Source of the DNA: Lepidodermella squamata
Taxonomy: Eukaryota > Animalia > Gastrotricha
Reading direction: 5' to 3'
Assembly: GCA_047495785.1 (NCBI GenBank)
Contig: JBLDXI010000001.1
Location: 1,116,001 to 1,180,000 of the forward strand
Length of the DNA: 64,000 bases
Made by a program: the position numbers and the translations under genes. Below, piece after piece: positions 10,569 through 23,918 of the stretch. Position 1 is the stretch's first letter, and each line of letters begins with the position of its first letter. Below the pieces are notes generated by a model that was given only the letters and a program-made list of their open reading frames with translations, had not been told where the DNA came from and made no database searches.

Positions 10569-12992
10569 ATGAATTATCTTAAGATTCTCATCCTTGCTGT
10601 TGTTTTCGGGCTGGCCTCCTGTCGGAAGCCAAAGACTTTAAAACTGCTACAACTGCTTCCGCTATCCGGTCAAGTCTCAGAGGCTAACTTCGAGTTGGAA
10701 ATCGCTAAAATGATCGTTTCAATCGTCAACAATCGAAGTGACATATTGCCAGATTATCACATTGAACTTCAATCGCTGGACGAAAAGCTTGGCATTTTGC
10801 CAGCTAAACAACTAGTCGAATTTTCGAGATCAAACGAAATATTTGAGGATGATCTTTCGACCCCATCCCCGCTAGTTATTGGTCCCCAATATTCAACGGG
10901 ATGTAAGGCGATCGGACCTATTCTGCCCAGATTAAACATGATCGCCCTCAGCTCACAATGCGCCGCCCCAATTTTCGCCGATCATAGCCGATATCCTAAT
11001 CTGTACCACACCTTGCTGCCAGGTCAGATGACTGCAATTGCCATTCTTCGCTTCATTCGTGACGTTGGGAAATGGTCTCGTTTCGGTCTGATTTCTAACG
11101 CTGGCAATGTGAATGATTACGGTAACGCAATGTTTCTCCACAAAACTGCGATTGACAATGGATTCAACATACCTTTATTCACTTTAGTCCTTCAAGTTGA
11201 AGAGCAAACAGCGATATCTGTGAAGGAGAGTGATGCTCGAATTATCGTTTTCTACTCAGGGAACGACGCTTTAATGTTTCGATTCCTATGCCTGGCTTTC
11301 AAGTTAGGTCTGAGCGGAGATCGTTACGCCTTCATCGGCTTGAATAGCGCCTACAGCAATCCTGAGACCCTCCAGGACGAAGTCTCCCCGGGTTGTTTTC
11401 GAAAGGTCCTAATGGAGCAATTTAGGCGAACTTACTGGATCGGGTCGGTTCTAGCCCTGGAGGAGCCGAATTTGAAATCTGAACTTGGCTTCTCCCGCGA
11501 GGATTTCGATAAAGAGCTTGACAAATTCACCGGTGGCGCGAGAGGTTCGGACTACTTTTTCAGGTATCTACACCACGACTACGTCGTCCGAGGCATTTTT
11601 GTGCTTCATCAAACCGAATTGAACCTCAGGAAGCTGAATATGACCTTGATGGACTATCGAACTGACCCAGATTTTGTAATGCAAGTGGCGAATGAATCCC
11701 TTCTTAAAACCGAAGTTTCAGGACTAAGGATAGGGAAAATGAAATTCAACGACCGGGGTTTGGGTACTGGAGACGTTCGAAGTTTGACCTACTGGGTGCA
11801 GGGTTCAGGAGAACGGACCTTACTAACTGTCAATGAGAAGAGAAGTGGCGAGGATGGTTTCATTTTCGACAACTATTTCACAAAGGTTCTTCGGTCAATG
11901 ATTTGGATGACCAAGTCACGATCTCCCCCAAAAGATAGTCGGACTTATTTGAAATCGATCAATGAGATAGACGGCAAGTTCTCGTTGGCCATAGCCATCA
12001 TTTCAGGAATTTCAACTTGTTTCCTAATCGGATTTTTGAGCTTCGAGTTGCTATTAAATAGTAACTTTGGGAGATCGAAATTCAGTCCCGATTTTACTAA
12101 AATCTTTGGCTACATCGGCTGCATCATCCTTCAGTTGACATCAGCGATTTTCGGAATTTCGGATAATTTCCTAGAATTTAAATTTGAAGATCAATGGATT
12201 TTCAGGATCGTTCTACTAGTTGCGGGTTTGAGCATTTTGAACGGTGTCCTAACTCTTAGAGCTTTTCATCTACCCCCTTTGACGAGTGGCATGATTCGAT
12301 CTGCTAGCCGAGTTCATCCTCTAGATCCTTTAACGAGGACAAAATCAAGTCACACATCATTAGATCCGAATTCTTCGAATAAACGAGTCACAATAGTCCT
12401 ACCTAACTCAACATCGAATTATTGGACACCCTCTGGCGGCTATTTAAAAATTTTCGGCCGATGCTTTGAATTCATCATCTTCAACTTGATGCTGATAGGT
12501 TGGGTCTTAACAGCAGATCGTATCAGATGCGGGTACAAAATTGTGGGCAAACAGACGTATGACGTTAGTCAGGATGTAACTACGGAAGTTTTTTACCTCT
12601 CCTGCAGCTCAGATTACATGATAGCGTGGAGCCTCGTGCTCTTAGCCGAACACATTTTTGTTCTTTTGTCTGGGCTTTACATGTTCTATCAGACAAAACG
12701 TCGGTACATGCGTTTAGGAGTGCCAGTTCCTGTTTGTTGTAATCACGTTGGGTTGAGTTTGGTCAACGCTTCTACGCTGGAATTCGGCTCGATTTTAGTT
12801 GTCCTGGCGCTGAATGACCCTATTGAACGGGCAATGGCGGTTTCTATTGCAAGTTCGGTTCTCTCTGCTGTAATATCTGTGGGTTGGTTCTATAACTCAG
12901 CCGCTGTGAAGTTGGATCTTTTAAGAAGGGATGCTACAATTGACCGAAATAACGGCGAAAGGACAGAACGAACTAGCAGCCGAATGGAATGA
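10569..12992 (+). CDS. Divergent GABA-B-like class C GPCR (Venus flytrap + 7TM), intronless
   Basis: Signal peptide; VNNRSDILPDYHIEL, IGPQYS, RYPNLYHT, W..FGLI, DARIIV, SPPKD; multiple C-terminal hydrophobic helices. Confidence 0.88.
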   Translation: MNYLKILILAVVFGLASCRKPKTLKLLQLLPLSGQVSEANFELEIAKMIVSIVNNRSDILPDYHIELQSLDEKLGILPAKQLVEFSRSNEIFEDDLSTPSPLVIGPQYSTGCKAIGPILPRLNMIALSSQCAAPIFADHSRYPNLYHTLLPGQMTAIAILRFIRDVGKWSRFGLISNAGNVNDYGNAMFLHKTAIDNGFNIPLFTLVLQVEEQTAISVKESDARIIVFYSGNDALMFRFLCLAFKLGLSGDRYAFIGLNSAYSNPETLQDEVSPGCFRKVLMEQFRRTYWIGSVLALEEPNLKSELGFSREDFDKELDKFTGGARGSDYFFRYLHHDYVVRGIFVLHQTELNLRKLNMTLMDYRTDPDFVMQVANESLLKTEVSGLRIGKMKFNDRGLGTGDVRSLTYWVQGSGERTLLTVNEKRSGEDGFIFDNYFTKVLRSMIWMTKSRSPPKDSRTYLKSINEIDGKFSLAIAIISGISTCFLIGFLSFELLLNSNFGRSKFSPDFTKIFGYIGCIILQLTSAIFGISDNFLEFKFEDQWIFRIVLLVAGLSILNGVLTLRAFHLPPLTSGMIRSASRVHPLDPLTRTKSSHTSLDPNSSNKRVTIVLPNSTSNYWTPSGGYLKIFGRCFEFIIFNLMLIGWVLTADRIRCGYKIVGKQTYDVSQDVTTEVFYLSCSSDYMIAWSLVLLAEHIFVLLSGLYMFYQTKRRYMRLGVPVPVCCNHVGLSLVNASTLEFGSILVVLALNDPIERAMAVSIASSVLSAVISVGWFYNSAAVKLDLLRRDATIDRNNGERTERTSSRME

Positions 12993-14079
12993 AAAAGTAG
13001 GAATGCCGTCTAAAATGACACAAATTAGGTAATTTCGCATTCTAGGAATGTTAAAATAATAAATAAAACCGAGTGGATACTTTCGTACTAGAACTTCACG
13101 CATTCTCTTTGGCTAGCTATCTAATAATCCTTTCATTCTTCATAGTATAACATATAACAGACCGATAAAGGATTCAAAGAGAACGAATGAATCCTTCCTT
13201 TATTCTACTCTGTCCGACCCTATGCTCGAATTTCACTAACAAATGCACCCTTTCTACTCCGATTGGCAATGCTGCCGCATTCGAAGCCGAAATGAGTTCG
13301 AAAACCCATCAACCTGGTTTGAAAACAGACAAGTTTTCAGGACTGAGTCGCCCGTTTAAGTGCCTAAACAGAGATCAAACTTCTATCTTTTATCAAATCG
13401 TTTTCCTGCACGTATTAGTGGAAAATCGTGACGAAATATTTAGATCACTGTTTATGATATTTTATAGCCACCATGTTGGAATGCTTCAGTCATTGGTTTC
13501 AAACAGATCACACCAGGTCAAATTTTGCCCAACACAATCGTAATCTTACTCGAGTCTAAAAAAAGTGGCGATGACGATATTACATAGTCGATATCGATCT
13601 TGGAACACGGTCAAATATCATTAAGTTGGCTTATTACTGTGGTGTTTTTTTCAACCGGACTAGGACCGCGACATGGAAATTAGCTCGGGGGATTATTACA
13701 TGTTGAAATGAACCAGACTTGTCCGGTGGGAGCAATTTTTGGGGTCACATTTTGTCCATTAGCTTCTTGGGGCCGAATAGCGTCGAGATAATGCTTTGTT
13801 TTTACGTAAAAAACGTTTTTGCAACGATCCACTGAAATTGGCCTAGGTTATACACGTTGTACAAAAATCGAACCTGAGATGAAGTTCTCCAATATTATGC
13901 TAGCTGCTCCACTCAGGTATAACAAGATGCCGGCTTTATGCCACAAAATACTTTGTTCCATTGTTTACTTGAACTTTAAAACCACATCGACTTGTACATG
14001 AAACTTATGACTACAATTTTCGGTTAAATTCAGAATAAGAATTCACCATCATAAATATAAGGTCAACTTGGGATTTTTC

Positions 14080-15414
14080 TCAATTTTTTGACTGAATTAG
14101 GGGGCTAACAGTTTGACTCGCATAGCTCGACGGATATAACGTCTGGTTAGCTTTCCCGAATAGTCGCGATTTCAGCTTGACCAGATCATCGGTAAAACCT
14201 GGCTTGAGACTTTGAAGAGCAGGCCCGATGAATGCTTCACAAATGTAAATCAGCGTCGTGGCCTTATGAATTGTGCCAGTCATAACTTGCGGACCAAGGT
14301 CTTCGAAGAATATCTCAATAATGAACGCTATCAAAACAGGAACCCGAGAGACAGTGTACAGAATTAATGACAAGATCAGCTGTTTGACGAAAAATAGTTC
14401 CCTTGTCCTCCAGTCGCCTTCCATGTTTCGAACTGTTGCGGATGATGAATTTGTATCCAGAGTGTTAACCCTTATCAAACTTCTCGCCCATCTGCCTAGC
14501 CGAAGTTTGATCGACCGAAATCGGCAGTATATCTTCCTGATAAACGGCGAAAAGATTAGAATTGAACATCAGATTCTTGAAAAATCTTACCAATAGTTGA
14601 TAGCAATGATACAAAAAGGAATGCTGACTGCAACAGCGTAGTAAACTACTACCAAAATCATAGTGTCATAATTTCCGATAACTCGATAGCCAAATCCGCC
14701 ACAAAAGGCTAGCTCAGTTGCGTTGTTGATGACCGGAACACTTATGTATTGCATGCTGAAGGCTTGGAATGGGTAAAAACAGATTGTCACCCACATTAGG
14801 GCGAAAATAATCAATCCGGAGATCGCCAACATTGCAACCTTAATAAACCATGTTTTAATATTGATTCTTTTAGTGGTTTTGGTTTTCCTTACGCGCTTTG
14901 AGTTGGCAGATGAATTCAAGCCATCAGATAGTAGACATAGTCTTCTTTCGTAGCTGATGAGCATGTGTAACCATGGGGTGACAGTTCCGCTGGTGAACAT
15001 GATAAAATGGAGCAAAGAGCAGCTTTCAGGCCCTCCTTCCCAGAAACCGCTTCGCAAGTTCAAGCCAATCATAATCGCATAGGTGATGGCTACCATTGAA
15101 TTAGCAGCGCCTAGAAGAGCTACCAGCACCAAGAAGTCTCGCCTAACAGAACGTTTGTAATAGAGAACAGCATTGCAAATGCTGGCAGTTGACGCCAGTA
15201 GGGCTAAGATTGAAAATGCCAGGAAGAATGGTAGTCGCTCATTCACCGTCGATTTGTCAAGGTCGTGAAACCAGCCGACGAAGTAGGGCCGCGGCTTCTC
15301 GTCGCCGTGCCCAGGTAGGGCAGCCATCACCCATGATGTTCTAATTGGATCGACTAGGGAAGAATTTGACATCGTCAAAACGATATGAAATAATGATGAA
15401 AACGCCGGAGTCAT
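14080..15414 (-). CDS. Orphan rhodopsin-like (class A) GPCR; intron 14537..14590
   Basis: Seven hydrophobic segments; TM3 C...ISYERR (DRY-like); TM5 IPFCIIAINYWKIY across the splice; TM6 Pro; TM7 IGPALQ. Confidence 0.75.
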
Positions 15415-17143
15415 TAAGAATTATATAGATTAAGCTAATTAGCCTCGGCATGGAGAAACGCACGACCTAGCTCGTCAATAAAATCTTATGCAATTATTTG
15501 ACCGTTCATATTTTCCTTAGTCTGGATTAGTTCAGGCATGTGAGCCATGCATTACGGGCGGTTTCGAATAATCAGAATGTTTGACAGTTTATTAGTTAGA
15601 TCGGGTAGGTACGTTTTTTTCTAAAATGTCTGCTGCTCATCCCAACCCCAGCACTCAATTAATAAAGGGGCGGTCGTCTCAATAATATAAACCTGTGCGT
15701 GATGTTCTGGAAATTCTGTCACATCCAGCCGACGAGGGAAAGTGACAAAATGGGTATGTCTGCTGCATTGCTTTATTAAACTGTCTCATTGTTACACAGC
15801 GATATCGCATTTCCAGAAAAGTCACGCCTGATCTAAAGGGGTGTGCACAAACAGTCATTTCATTGCGCATAAAAACGAGTAATTTGCAACATATTCAAGC
15901 AGTAGGACAACGCGCGATTTTCAGCCCCTGGTGGGATGAATAGGTCGTGAGAAGAATCGTTTCAGCTTGATAAAATCAGCAGTGAAGCCCGGTCGAACGC
16001 TCTGACTAATCGGACCTATGACCATCTTCAACATGTGTTAGAGTATTTGTGAAAATCAGCCGAAGCTTACTTGGGGCCAACATCTTCGTAAAAAATAATC
16101 AGAACAAAAGCAATCATAACAGGTTAGTGGAACAGGGTGAAAGCAAGAAGGAAACGATAGATTGCTTGACGAAGAACATTTCACGCTGTCCCATTCGCCT
16201 GGAGCCGATTAGCTTCTCTGATAGGGTAAATTACAGCGCTGTTGTTAGAGTGATCTGAAGCCCCGAGCATTTGTCTCTTCACAGATCTCAGCTGACTGAA
16301 GGTTTTCCTGTAAAGCACTGGTTATGAAAACTTCGAAATTGTTCAAATTTAATGATTACTGATTATCAGTAGTTGTAGGCAATGATTGTTGACGGTAGGG
16401 AGAAAATGACAACGGTGTAGCATACCAAGACTAGAATTGCTGTACCGTCGTTTCACCCCAAACGACGAATTCTGAAATGTCTTCCGCGGTCTAGGATTTC
16501 CCGACAGGGCGATTAAATATGCAATAAAATCATAATTTTTCACTGACCAACTCGCCCCGAACGACGGTAGGGTCACTTCCTAATGGGCCACAATGCGGCG
16601 AATTAGGCATATCAAAAAATGAAGTCTGAAGTTAATTCTTGATGTTATTGACCTTTTAAGACAACTAGAAACATCCCAGGAGCCATTCGTAATGCTGAGA
16701 TAACCCCTTATATGAAGTGGCTAACGTTTGCGTAACCGTCGAATGCTAACGAAAACAATACCTTTGCCGAAATTTTATTTCCCCAAAATCAAGTTGTATC
16801 AAGTTTCCAAGTAACTAGTAACGTTCCCCTTAGTTCATCTCCTTCTGAATGCTGCTCACATTTTTCACCTTTGTTGAAGTAGCATGCTGGCTCTCTAACT
16901 TATCCTCTTTCATCGCAGCATTATCAGAAAATCAGTACGCCAGTAGGTGCAAAGAAGATGAATTGTTTATTACATTATTCACAAATGGCTGCTTTATCAA
17001 GCCAGCTTGGTGGCATCATGTGATCAGGTCTATCCTAAGTAGAACTGTGTGACACATAATGATTAATTGTCTTTTATGCAGGTATACTAGTCTGGTAATG
17101 CAGCGAACCTGTTTTTCGACGTTACCAGTGCCAACGTCTGCAC

Positions 17144-19318
17144 TCAAGCCGCAGCGGGCAGACAATATGGGATATATGGATACCACTTGTAGAGCAAATT
17201 GCATGAAGGATAAAAACTCATCGAAGGATCGTTGATCAGCTTGTATCCAGGTTGGCAGGTGCACTTTAAACTCGCGCCGGTTGTGGTAATAGTGCAAGGA
17301 TTCGTGTTAACACAGAACAAATAGCTTGACACGAGACAGCTACCAAAAGCAATTTCTGGTATTGGACAACCAGTTATATTTGTACTTAGTAGACAGTTCG
17401 GGAAGGGTTGAGTGTTCCATTGATTCGTTCCCAGGCAAGTGAAACTCTCCGACCCGACAAGGTTGTACCCAGATTGGCAGCTGCATGATACTGTTTCACC
17501 AACCGGTGTTTTCGGTGTGGTACGGAAATTGCAAGTTCCGCGGACGAGGCCAAAGTTAGGACAGCCTTGGAAAGCAGACACAGTAGGTGAGCATGTAACA
17601 CTGGAGGTCCAATTTCCAGTATCGAGGCATTTGATAGTTGCCGATCCCGATGTTAGTTGAGAACCAGTATTGCAAGCACAGGTTGTCGTTTCACCGGGCC
17701 AATAATCGCTCTCCTTATCAATACAGAACCCATTCGTGACAGGAGGTGCATCTCCACATTTGACAGTCGAGCATCTAGGTCCAGAGGATGACCAAGTGCC
17801 TCCACGCTGACACGAGACAACAGAATTTTCAGGATTCAACGATCTGGCATTATCGTCACATTCACAATCGATGGTCTCGCCAACGGAAAAATCAGTCGAG
17901 CCGTCGTCATTCGAGGCAGCACAAACACCATTGGCAATAGTCATCAGGCTGCAGGTGTTTGGTGCCGCCGTAGTAGGTTTCATCGTTGTTTTCTCGACCT
18001 AGTGAAAGAATAATGCTAAAAATTGGGTGAATGGGCCAGTGGTCGATACCTTTGTGCATGTTGGAGCTGTGCTCCAGACTCCAGAGGCTTGACATGTGAT
18101 GACAGGACTGCCTGTTAGGCGATATACGTTATTGTCATCCTCGTCGATCCCACAAGAGCAGGTCGCAGTTCGCGAAGTGCTGAATTCATTATCCTCATCA
18201 TCATCGTTGTTGTCAGTTACCAAACAGCGACCGTTCACCATCGTTGGAAGTTGATTGCACCGAATAGGCTTGGGCGTGGTCGCTCCTTGGACGCACGTAG
18301 GAGGTTTAGTCCAGTTTCCGCTGACTTGGCATGTAACCGTCGGATTACCCACGGTCGCGTAGCCGGGCCGGCATTGATAGGTCACTGTATCGCCGGGTTT
18401 GAACGTGAAAACACGATTAGGGCCGGTGCAGTTCATACAGCCAGCATCTGGAACGTCCGGAGGCTTCGTGCAATTATTCGAAGGACAGGCGATTGAGTCT
18501 GAAATGCAAGCAGGAACATTGGAGAATTTGCCACCGCCCAAGCACTTGATCGTGGTCGTTGAGTTTAACTTGTAGCAGCGGTCGCATGTACATTTGGCTT
18601 CATCGTTCTGATTAAACACGTTGCTACTTGGCGACTTGACGTTGACACACTTCCCGCTCTTGATTATTGGTGGGCCATTGTAGCAACCATCAGGACGGCC
18701 CGTGGTTGTAGTAGTGATTGGTCGACAGCTTGGATGCGTAACCTGCTTGTTGTCATCGTAGTACAGCTCTGCAAACGATCCTCCTGGTGCGCAAGTGATG
18801 TTCGCATTGCCAACAACGTAGTAACCTGCTTTGCATGTGCAAGTTGCTCGAAGTCCCTGCAGCACGATTGACAGCCCGTTGGCGGAGCAAGCAGCATTGG
18901 TGATATTGGGAATAGCGCAAAAGTACTGTCGAATGCAAGTAGGCGCCTCGGACCAAGATCCGTTCGTTAGGCATGTCAAAGATGTCGGTCCTCGCAGGGT
19001 GTAGTTGCTGGTTTTGCTGCGATAATACACTATATCACCGACGTCAAACAGCATTACGGCACGATTGCTGGTGGAGTTCATCGGAACAAGCTTTGGTACG
19101 AAATTTCGAGAGGCCGCCTGAGTAGTTGGCCGTTGAGTGGCAGAGCATTCGGCACACGAGACGAATGGTGGATTTGCACATCGAACTGTCTTTTTAACCG
19201 TGGTTGTAGTTCGCAAAGCTCTGTCTTGTCCAGCTGTCGACGTAGACGTAGAGGAGAGCGCAGCTTGGCAGATTCCTGCTAGAAACGTTGCAGTAGATAT
19301 GAACGAATATGATACCAT
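17144..19318 (-). CDS. Secreted multi-Sushi/CCP-domain protein; intron 17999..18049 joins the two ORFs
   Basis: Signal peptide; about ten C..P...G.C....G....C..GY...G...ITC...G.W...P.C modules; in-frame GT..AG intron (CTK|VEKTT); no TM. Confidence 0.9.
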
Positions 19319-20340
19319 CTTTGTGTCGAAATATTCAGATTAGTAGCTTCTCCAACGGTTATGTAGTCGAGTAACTTCCGCAATATGCACGCACATGCGG
19401 TGAGTTTCCTGTTTAATTTGAAAGAATCGTTATAACGTGAAAAAAGGCATTGTTGGGTAATTTAACGGCACGCCGGTGACACGACAAGTAGCTTTCATGC
19501 TCAATCCTTGAATCTCACGCCGATATGAACTCAACTGTAACACAAACCTTCTGTAACATGCGATTATTTGGCGTGCCGTATCACCTGCCTTCCGGTTTGT
19601 CTCATTCACTATTTGTTCCCTCTCTAAACGTCAACGCGTCGACGGGATAATTTTGAGCAGCAACGTTTTGTTTTCAGTTACCGCGCGTGCTCAACCGTTT
19701 AATAAATCTAGGAGAGCGAGTCCCATACCACAATTGTTAGCGGTTAACGGAAGGCTTATTTTTCAGTGAAAGGCGCTAAATAAAATGCACTCATTGACAA
19801 GGTATTGCAGTCTCCGCAGGTATCCATGATCGATTAGTTGATGATTGTTCTCAATTAGATGAGAGAATGACTGAGCGCATGAGTGGCCATTTTATTTTTC
19901 GCATTATTATTTACCGAATAAATTAACCCGAAAGGTACCAATATGTCGACCAGGCATCACCAGCAGGTCGAAATAAATAGAAACAGGATGAATCAGTTGA
20001 ACGAACAGTTTCACCAGCCGAACTCGAGTGAAAGCTTGACCGAACGTGAGCATTGGTCGTTGGGCTTGGCGAGGCTGTAGCCGCCATAACTCACCGTCAA
20101 TGCGTTCGTGGAATAATGCGCAAAGGCAGTCCAAAGCACCAGATCATAACCTGCCGAAAATTCTGCATACGCATAAGATTGGCGTCGTGCTTGCTTAATT
20201 GCTTGCCGGTGCTGCCGTGCTAGAATTATCAAGATCGAGATAGGAGGAGAACGGAATTAAAAATTTGACATCAAAAGTGCCTGCAAAGCCCAGGTAAGTT
20301 TCAATATTCTCATTTCAAACTTTCAAGTCGAAATCAACCG

Positions 20341-20412
20341 GGCTCAGTAGCTTAGTGGTAGAGCGTCTGTCTCGTAAACAGAAGATCGCGGGTTCAATTC
20401 CCGCCTGGGCCT
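20341..20412 (+). tRNA. tRNA-Thr(CGT)
   Basis: 72-nt cloverleaf: acceptor GGCTCAG/CTGGGCC, anticodon arm TCTGT-CTCGTAA-ACAGA, T arm GCGGG-TTCAATT-CCCGC. Confidence 0.93.
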
Positions 20413-20422
20413 CGAAATTATA

Positions 20423-20612
20423 TCGTTAGCGGCGTTGAAATACTCGGATTTAGGCTTGTTTACATCCGTTTCAATGTCACGGGTGACAAGTAAAAAGCGG
20501 TTTTTTTCAACGTGAATGAAGAGGCAAAAACAAAACACTTTTTACTTGTCGCCTATCACCTTGAAATGAAAGTAAACAGGCCTAAATCCGAGTTATTCAA
20601 CGTCGCTATCGA
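20423..20612. mobile_element. 190-bp MITE with ~80-bp TIRs and TA target-site duplication
   Basis: TCGTTAGCGGCGTTGAAATACTCGGATTTAGGC...GCCTAAATCCGAGTTATTCAACGTCGCTATCGA; the empty site (single TA) is seen in the paralogous segment at ~27075. Confidence 0.9.
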
Positions 20613-20825
20613 TATTGCTTTTTGAACTCGCCAAGCCACAGAAGACTCGGGAAGTTTGTGTGGCAAGTTGTCCCACGTCTGTATTTTTCTCAGTTTATTA
20701 CAGTATTTATCTGTATTTATCACTAATGATTTAAAATGACTAATGACTAAAAGCGAAAAGCACCGTCTGTGGGTAATGGGTTAGATTTTCCGACATGATT
20801 CTCCTGTTTTTGTTGCTTCCGATTT

Positions 20826-20920
20826 TAGCATTTCTGATGCATAAATGCAAGAAACGAGAACGTGTCATTCGCCTTCAGTCGAATGTAGTTCGGCGAGTTG
20901 TAGTTGTGGGCGATCGCTAA
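20826..20920 (-). pseudogene. Duplicated 3' tip of LC8-like gene A (part of the 20335..20920 copy of 26989..27348)
   Basis: Near-identical to 27254..27348, including the stop codon and 3' flank. Confidence 0.85.
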
Positions 20921-21049
20921 GAAAATTGATCGAAATCGATCCAATCCATTTGCTTAATCTCTCGGCGGTTGTTATTCGCGACTTCTTTCGTCTTATCGTT
21001 ATCGAAAAATTCAACGTAAAAGACGTGGCTGAGTGGCTGAGTAATGAGC

Positions 21050-21305
21050 AAACGAGTAACAATAGTCCTACCAAACTCAACATTGCATTATTGGACACCG
21101 TCTGGGAGCTATTACCAAATTTTCGGCCGATGTATTGAATTCACCATCTTCAGCTTGTTGATAATAGGCTGGATTTTAACAGCAGGCCTCGTGCACTTAG
21201 CCGAACAAATTGTTGTTCTTTTGTCGCACACTGGAAGTTGCTACAATCGACCGAAATAACAGCGAAAGGTCAGAACGAACTTGCAGTCGATTGGAATGAA
21301 AAAGT
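21050..21305 (+). pseudogene. Internally deleted remnant of a class C GPCR 3' end
   Basis: Three colinear blocks match ~12381-12516, ~12630-12670 and ~12932-12998 (KRVTIVLPNST..YWTPSG..IFGRC.EF). Confidence 0.85.
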
Positions 21306-22561
21306 GAAAATGGCCTCCAAAAACCTGCCGGAGGAAAATAATTAAAACATATTAACAGATATTGCCGTAGAGCGCAGAGACTCGGAATCGCTATTGAAAC
21401 AGGTTAGGTATTGAGACCCCCAGACGATTCGTGGCAAAGACCCCAAGGCCGTCCCAAACTGCGCTACTCAGACTGCATGAAAAGGCAGTTGAAGAAAATT
21501 AATATTGAGAATTGGGAAGACGCCGCTGTATTAGCTCAGAATAGAATTTAGTGGCGTACGAAATTGAAAAATATCACAGATGATTAATTTTTGAATTATG
21601 AATTCATTTCGCTCATTTTTCGAACAAAAATATCGAATCTTTCAACATTTTTCAAGATACTTTGATTTAGGTTTGACTTAGGATCGACTACCGTTGGTCC
21701 TCCTCCGACACTCAGTATGGTTGGAGGAACACCATATTGCACTGGCCAAGAATGCACTGGTTACTCTTTTTTAGAGTTTATTCTATCATTAATTAGCGGA
21801 ATAAACAGATTTTGTTCTTAATGATTTTCTAGCAGACATGACTCATCATTAGCTGGTTTTTTCGATTTGTTTCTGCAAAAAAATAAATGAATTGCCGTCA
21901 CTGAAGAGGTGAAAACAATTACCTGACCATCTCCCTGTACGACCAGCAACCGATGGCAACGGCAAGGCTAAGGGAAATTGCAGCCCAAACAATAGTGAAG
22001 TATGCAAACGGCCTCAACTGTTCAGAACAATTGCGCTCTTCAATCGAAAAAAACAGCCGATAAGCCGTAGTAGCAAGCAAAATTAAAGACAGTTTGTGTG
22101 ATGTTTCAAGCAATAAGGGATGAAGTTCTTGATGGCATTTTGCTTTGATAGCGTAAACAATGACTAATTCAATTACGGTAGCGGCTATTAGAGCCAAAGT
22201 TAAAAGCAAGGTTATGTAAAAAGCAGGGAAAAGAGTAAAGCCGATTAGCAACGTTTGAATAGCGCCGGCGAACAATTCAAAACAGAAATGTAATGTTGTT
22301 ATCTGGCTAATGCAAGGAGGCCATTCTTTTGAACAAGGATCTTTTGCCAATATTTTGAATAATCATTTGAACACAGGGGAAAAGTGTTTGAAGAACGTTC
22401 AGAGATATGCACCAAGCAAAAGTCCGAATAACAAATCGTGTCTTGAAATGAACCGCGTCATGCCAAATTGAGGCCACTTTCCACAGAATTGGGGCGGAAA
22501 GAAAACATATTACAGCAATTTTCTGAATCCGATTCAGTTTGATTTTCTGTTTGTTTGTTCC

Positions 22562-23803
22562 ATCGCCAGGCTGAGAGCAACAATGTTCAGTCTGCCGGGT
22601 ATACAGGAACAATTGCAGATCTGGTATAATTTATAGGAAACTTACGTCACTATTATTAGTGACTGATTGATAGCCTTCGGGGATATCCACAGCACACATG
22701 TCAACGACAGCTTCAACCTGATAGGCAGCATGAAACCATTGCGGATCCCTCGTTTAGGATGAAACTTACGTTGGGTCTGGCTAATTCATCGCGGGGCGTA
22801 AAAGCCGTAAAAGCACATTCGGATTCAGAAATTTGAACGCTGATAGTTTCAGTCTATTTATTTTCAGATGATGAGCATTATTTGTTTGAAAATACTTGAA
22901 CTTACTTGATCATCACCGGGCATAGAAAATGGTTCTATATTCTCTACGCTAGTCCGGTGACGTCCGGTGTCATCTTGCTCTTGGTCGTGCGAGCCCTCTT
23001 CTTCCGTGCAAGGCGTAGCTATCGGTTCCGTTGTCGATGGAACTTCAGTTCCCTGTTTTGCTCCTATTACTGAATTACTGATGCCCGGATTGTCCATCGG
23101 CAGCGAGTTTGAATTCAGTTTTAGTAGCAAAACATGCTCTGTATGAGTTATATCGCCAGGCTGATAGCAACAATGTTTAGTCTACCGGGTATACAGGAAT
23201 AATTGCAGATCTGGTTTAATTATAATGGGAAACTTACGTCACTATTGTTGGGAACTGGTTGATACCTCTCGGTAGCGTCGTGGCTCAAGAGTTGATTCAC
23301 GCTTCCAAGCTCCAAAACAAAACTTTCAGCAGCTTCAACCTGATAGATTTTTATCAAACCTCAAGCCATTTCAGAAGCCTCGTTTTGGATGAAACTTACG
23401 TTAGCTCCGACTAATTCGTCGCCGTGTGAAATAGCCACGAAACCTAATTCGGATTCATACATTTGAACGCTGATAGTTTCAGTCTATTCGTTTTCAGATT
23501 ATGGACAATCTTTGTTTGAAAAACAGAGACTTACTTGATCGCGACCGAGCATAGAAAATGGTATTGCCACGTTATCGGTTTCATCTTGCTCTTGGTCGTG
23601 CGAGCCCTCTTCTTCCGTGCAAGGCGTAGCTATCGGTTCCGTTGTCGATGGAGCTTCAGTTCTCTGTTTTGCTTCAGGTAACCCGACCGTCGTCGCTCGA
23701 CTGTCCTTGCGGCTTTGGGCCGAGCGAGTCAAATAGCGCCCAGAATTACTGATGCCCGGATTCTCAAGCGGCGGCGAGTTTGAACTCAGTTTTAGCAGCA
23801 AAC
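22562..23803. repeat. Tandem duplication of a ~0.6 kb multi-exon unit (22562..23131 and 23153..23803)
   Basis: Both units start TCGCCAGGCTGA.AGCAACAATGTT and encode LLKL.SNS...STTEPIATPCTEEEGSHDQEQD. Confidence 0.9.
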
Positions 23804-23918
23804 AGGCCGGCGCAAGCGCCCGCCAAAGTAAACACTCTTCTTCCTTAAAGTTAGAGCTGAAGTTTTCTACAGGAATCTGTTTTTTTTTCAGAATTAGCGC
23901 ATTGATATCACCCTAATT

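Noticed and set aside
17983-18049. Stop-codon read-through between the two Sushi ORFs
   Set aside because: A canonical 51-nt GT..AG intron, whose acceptor is the TAG, explains the join.
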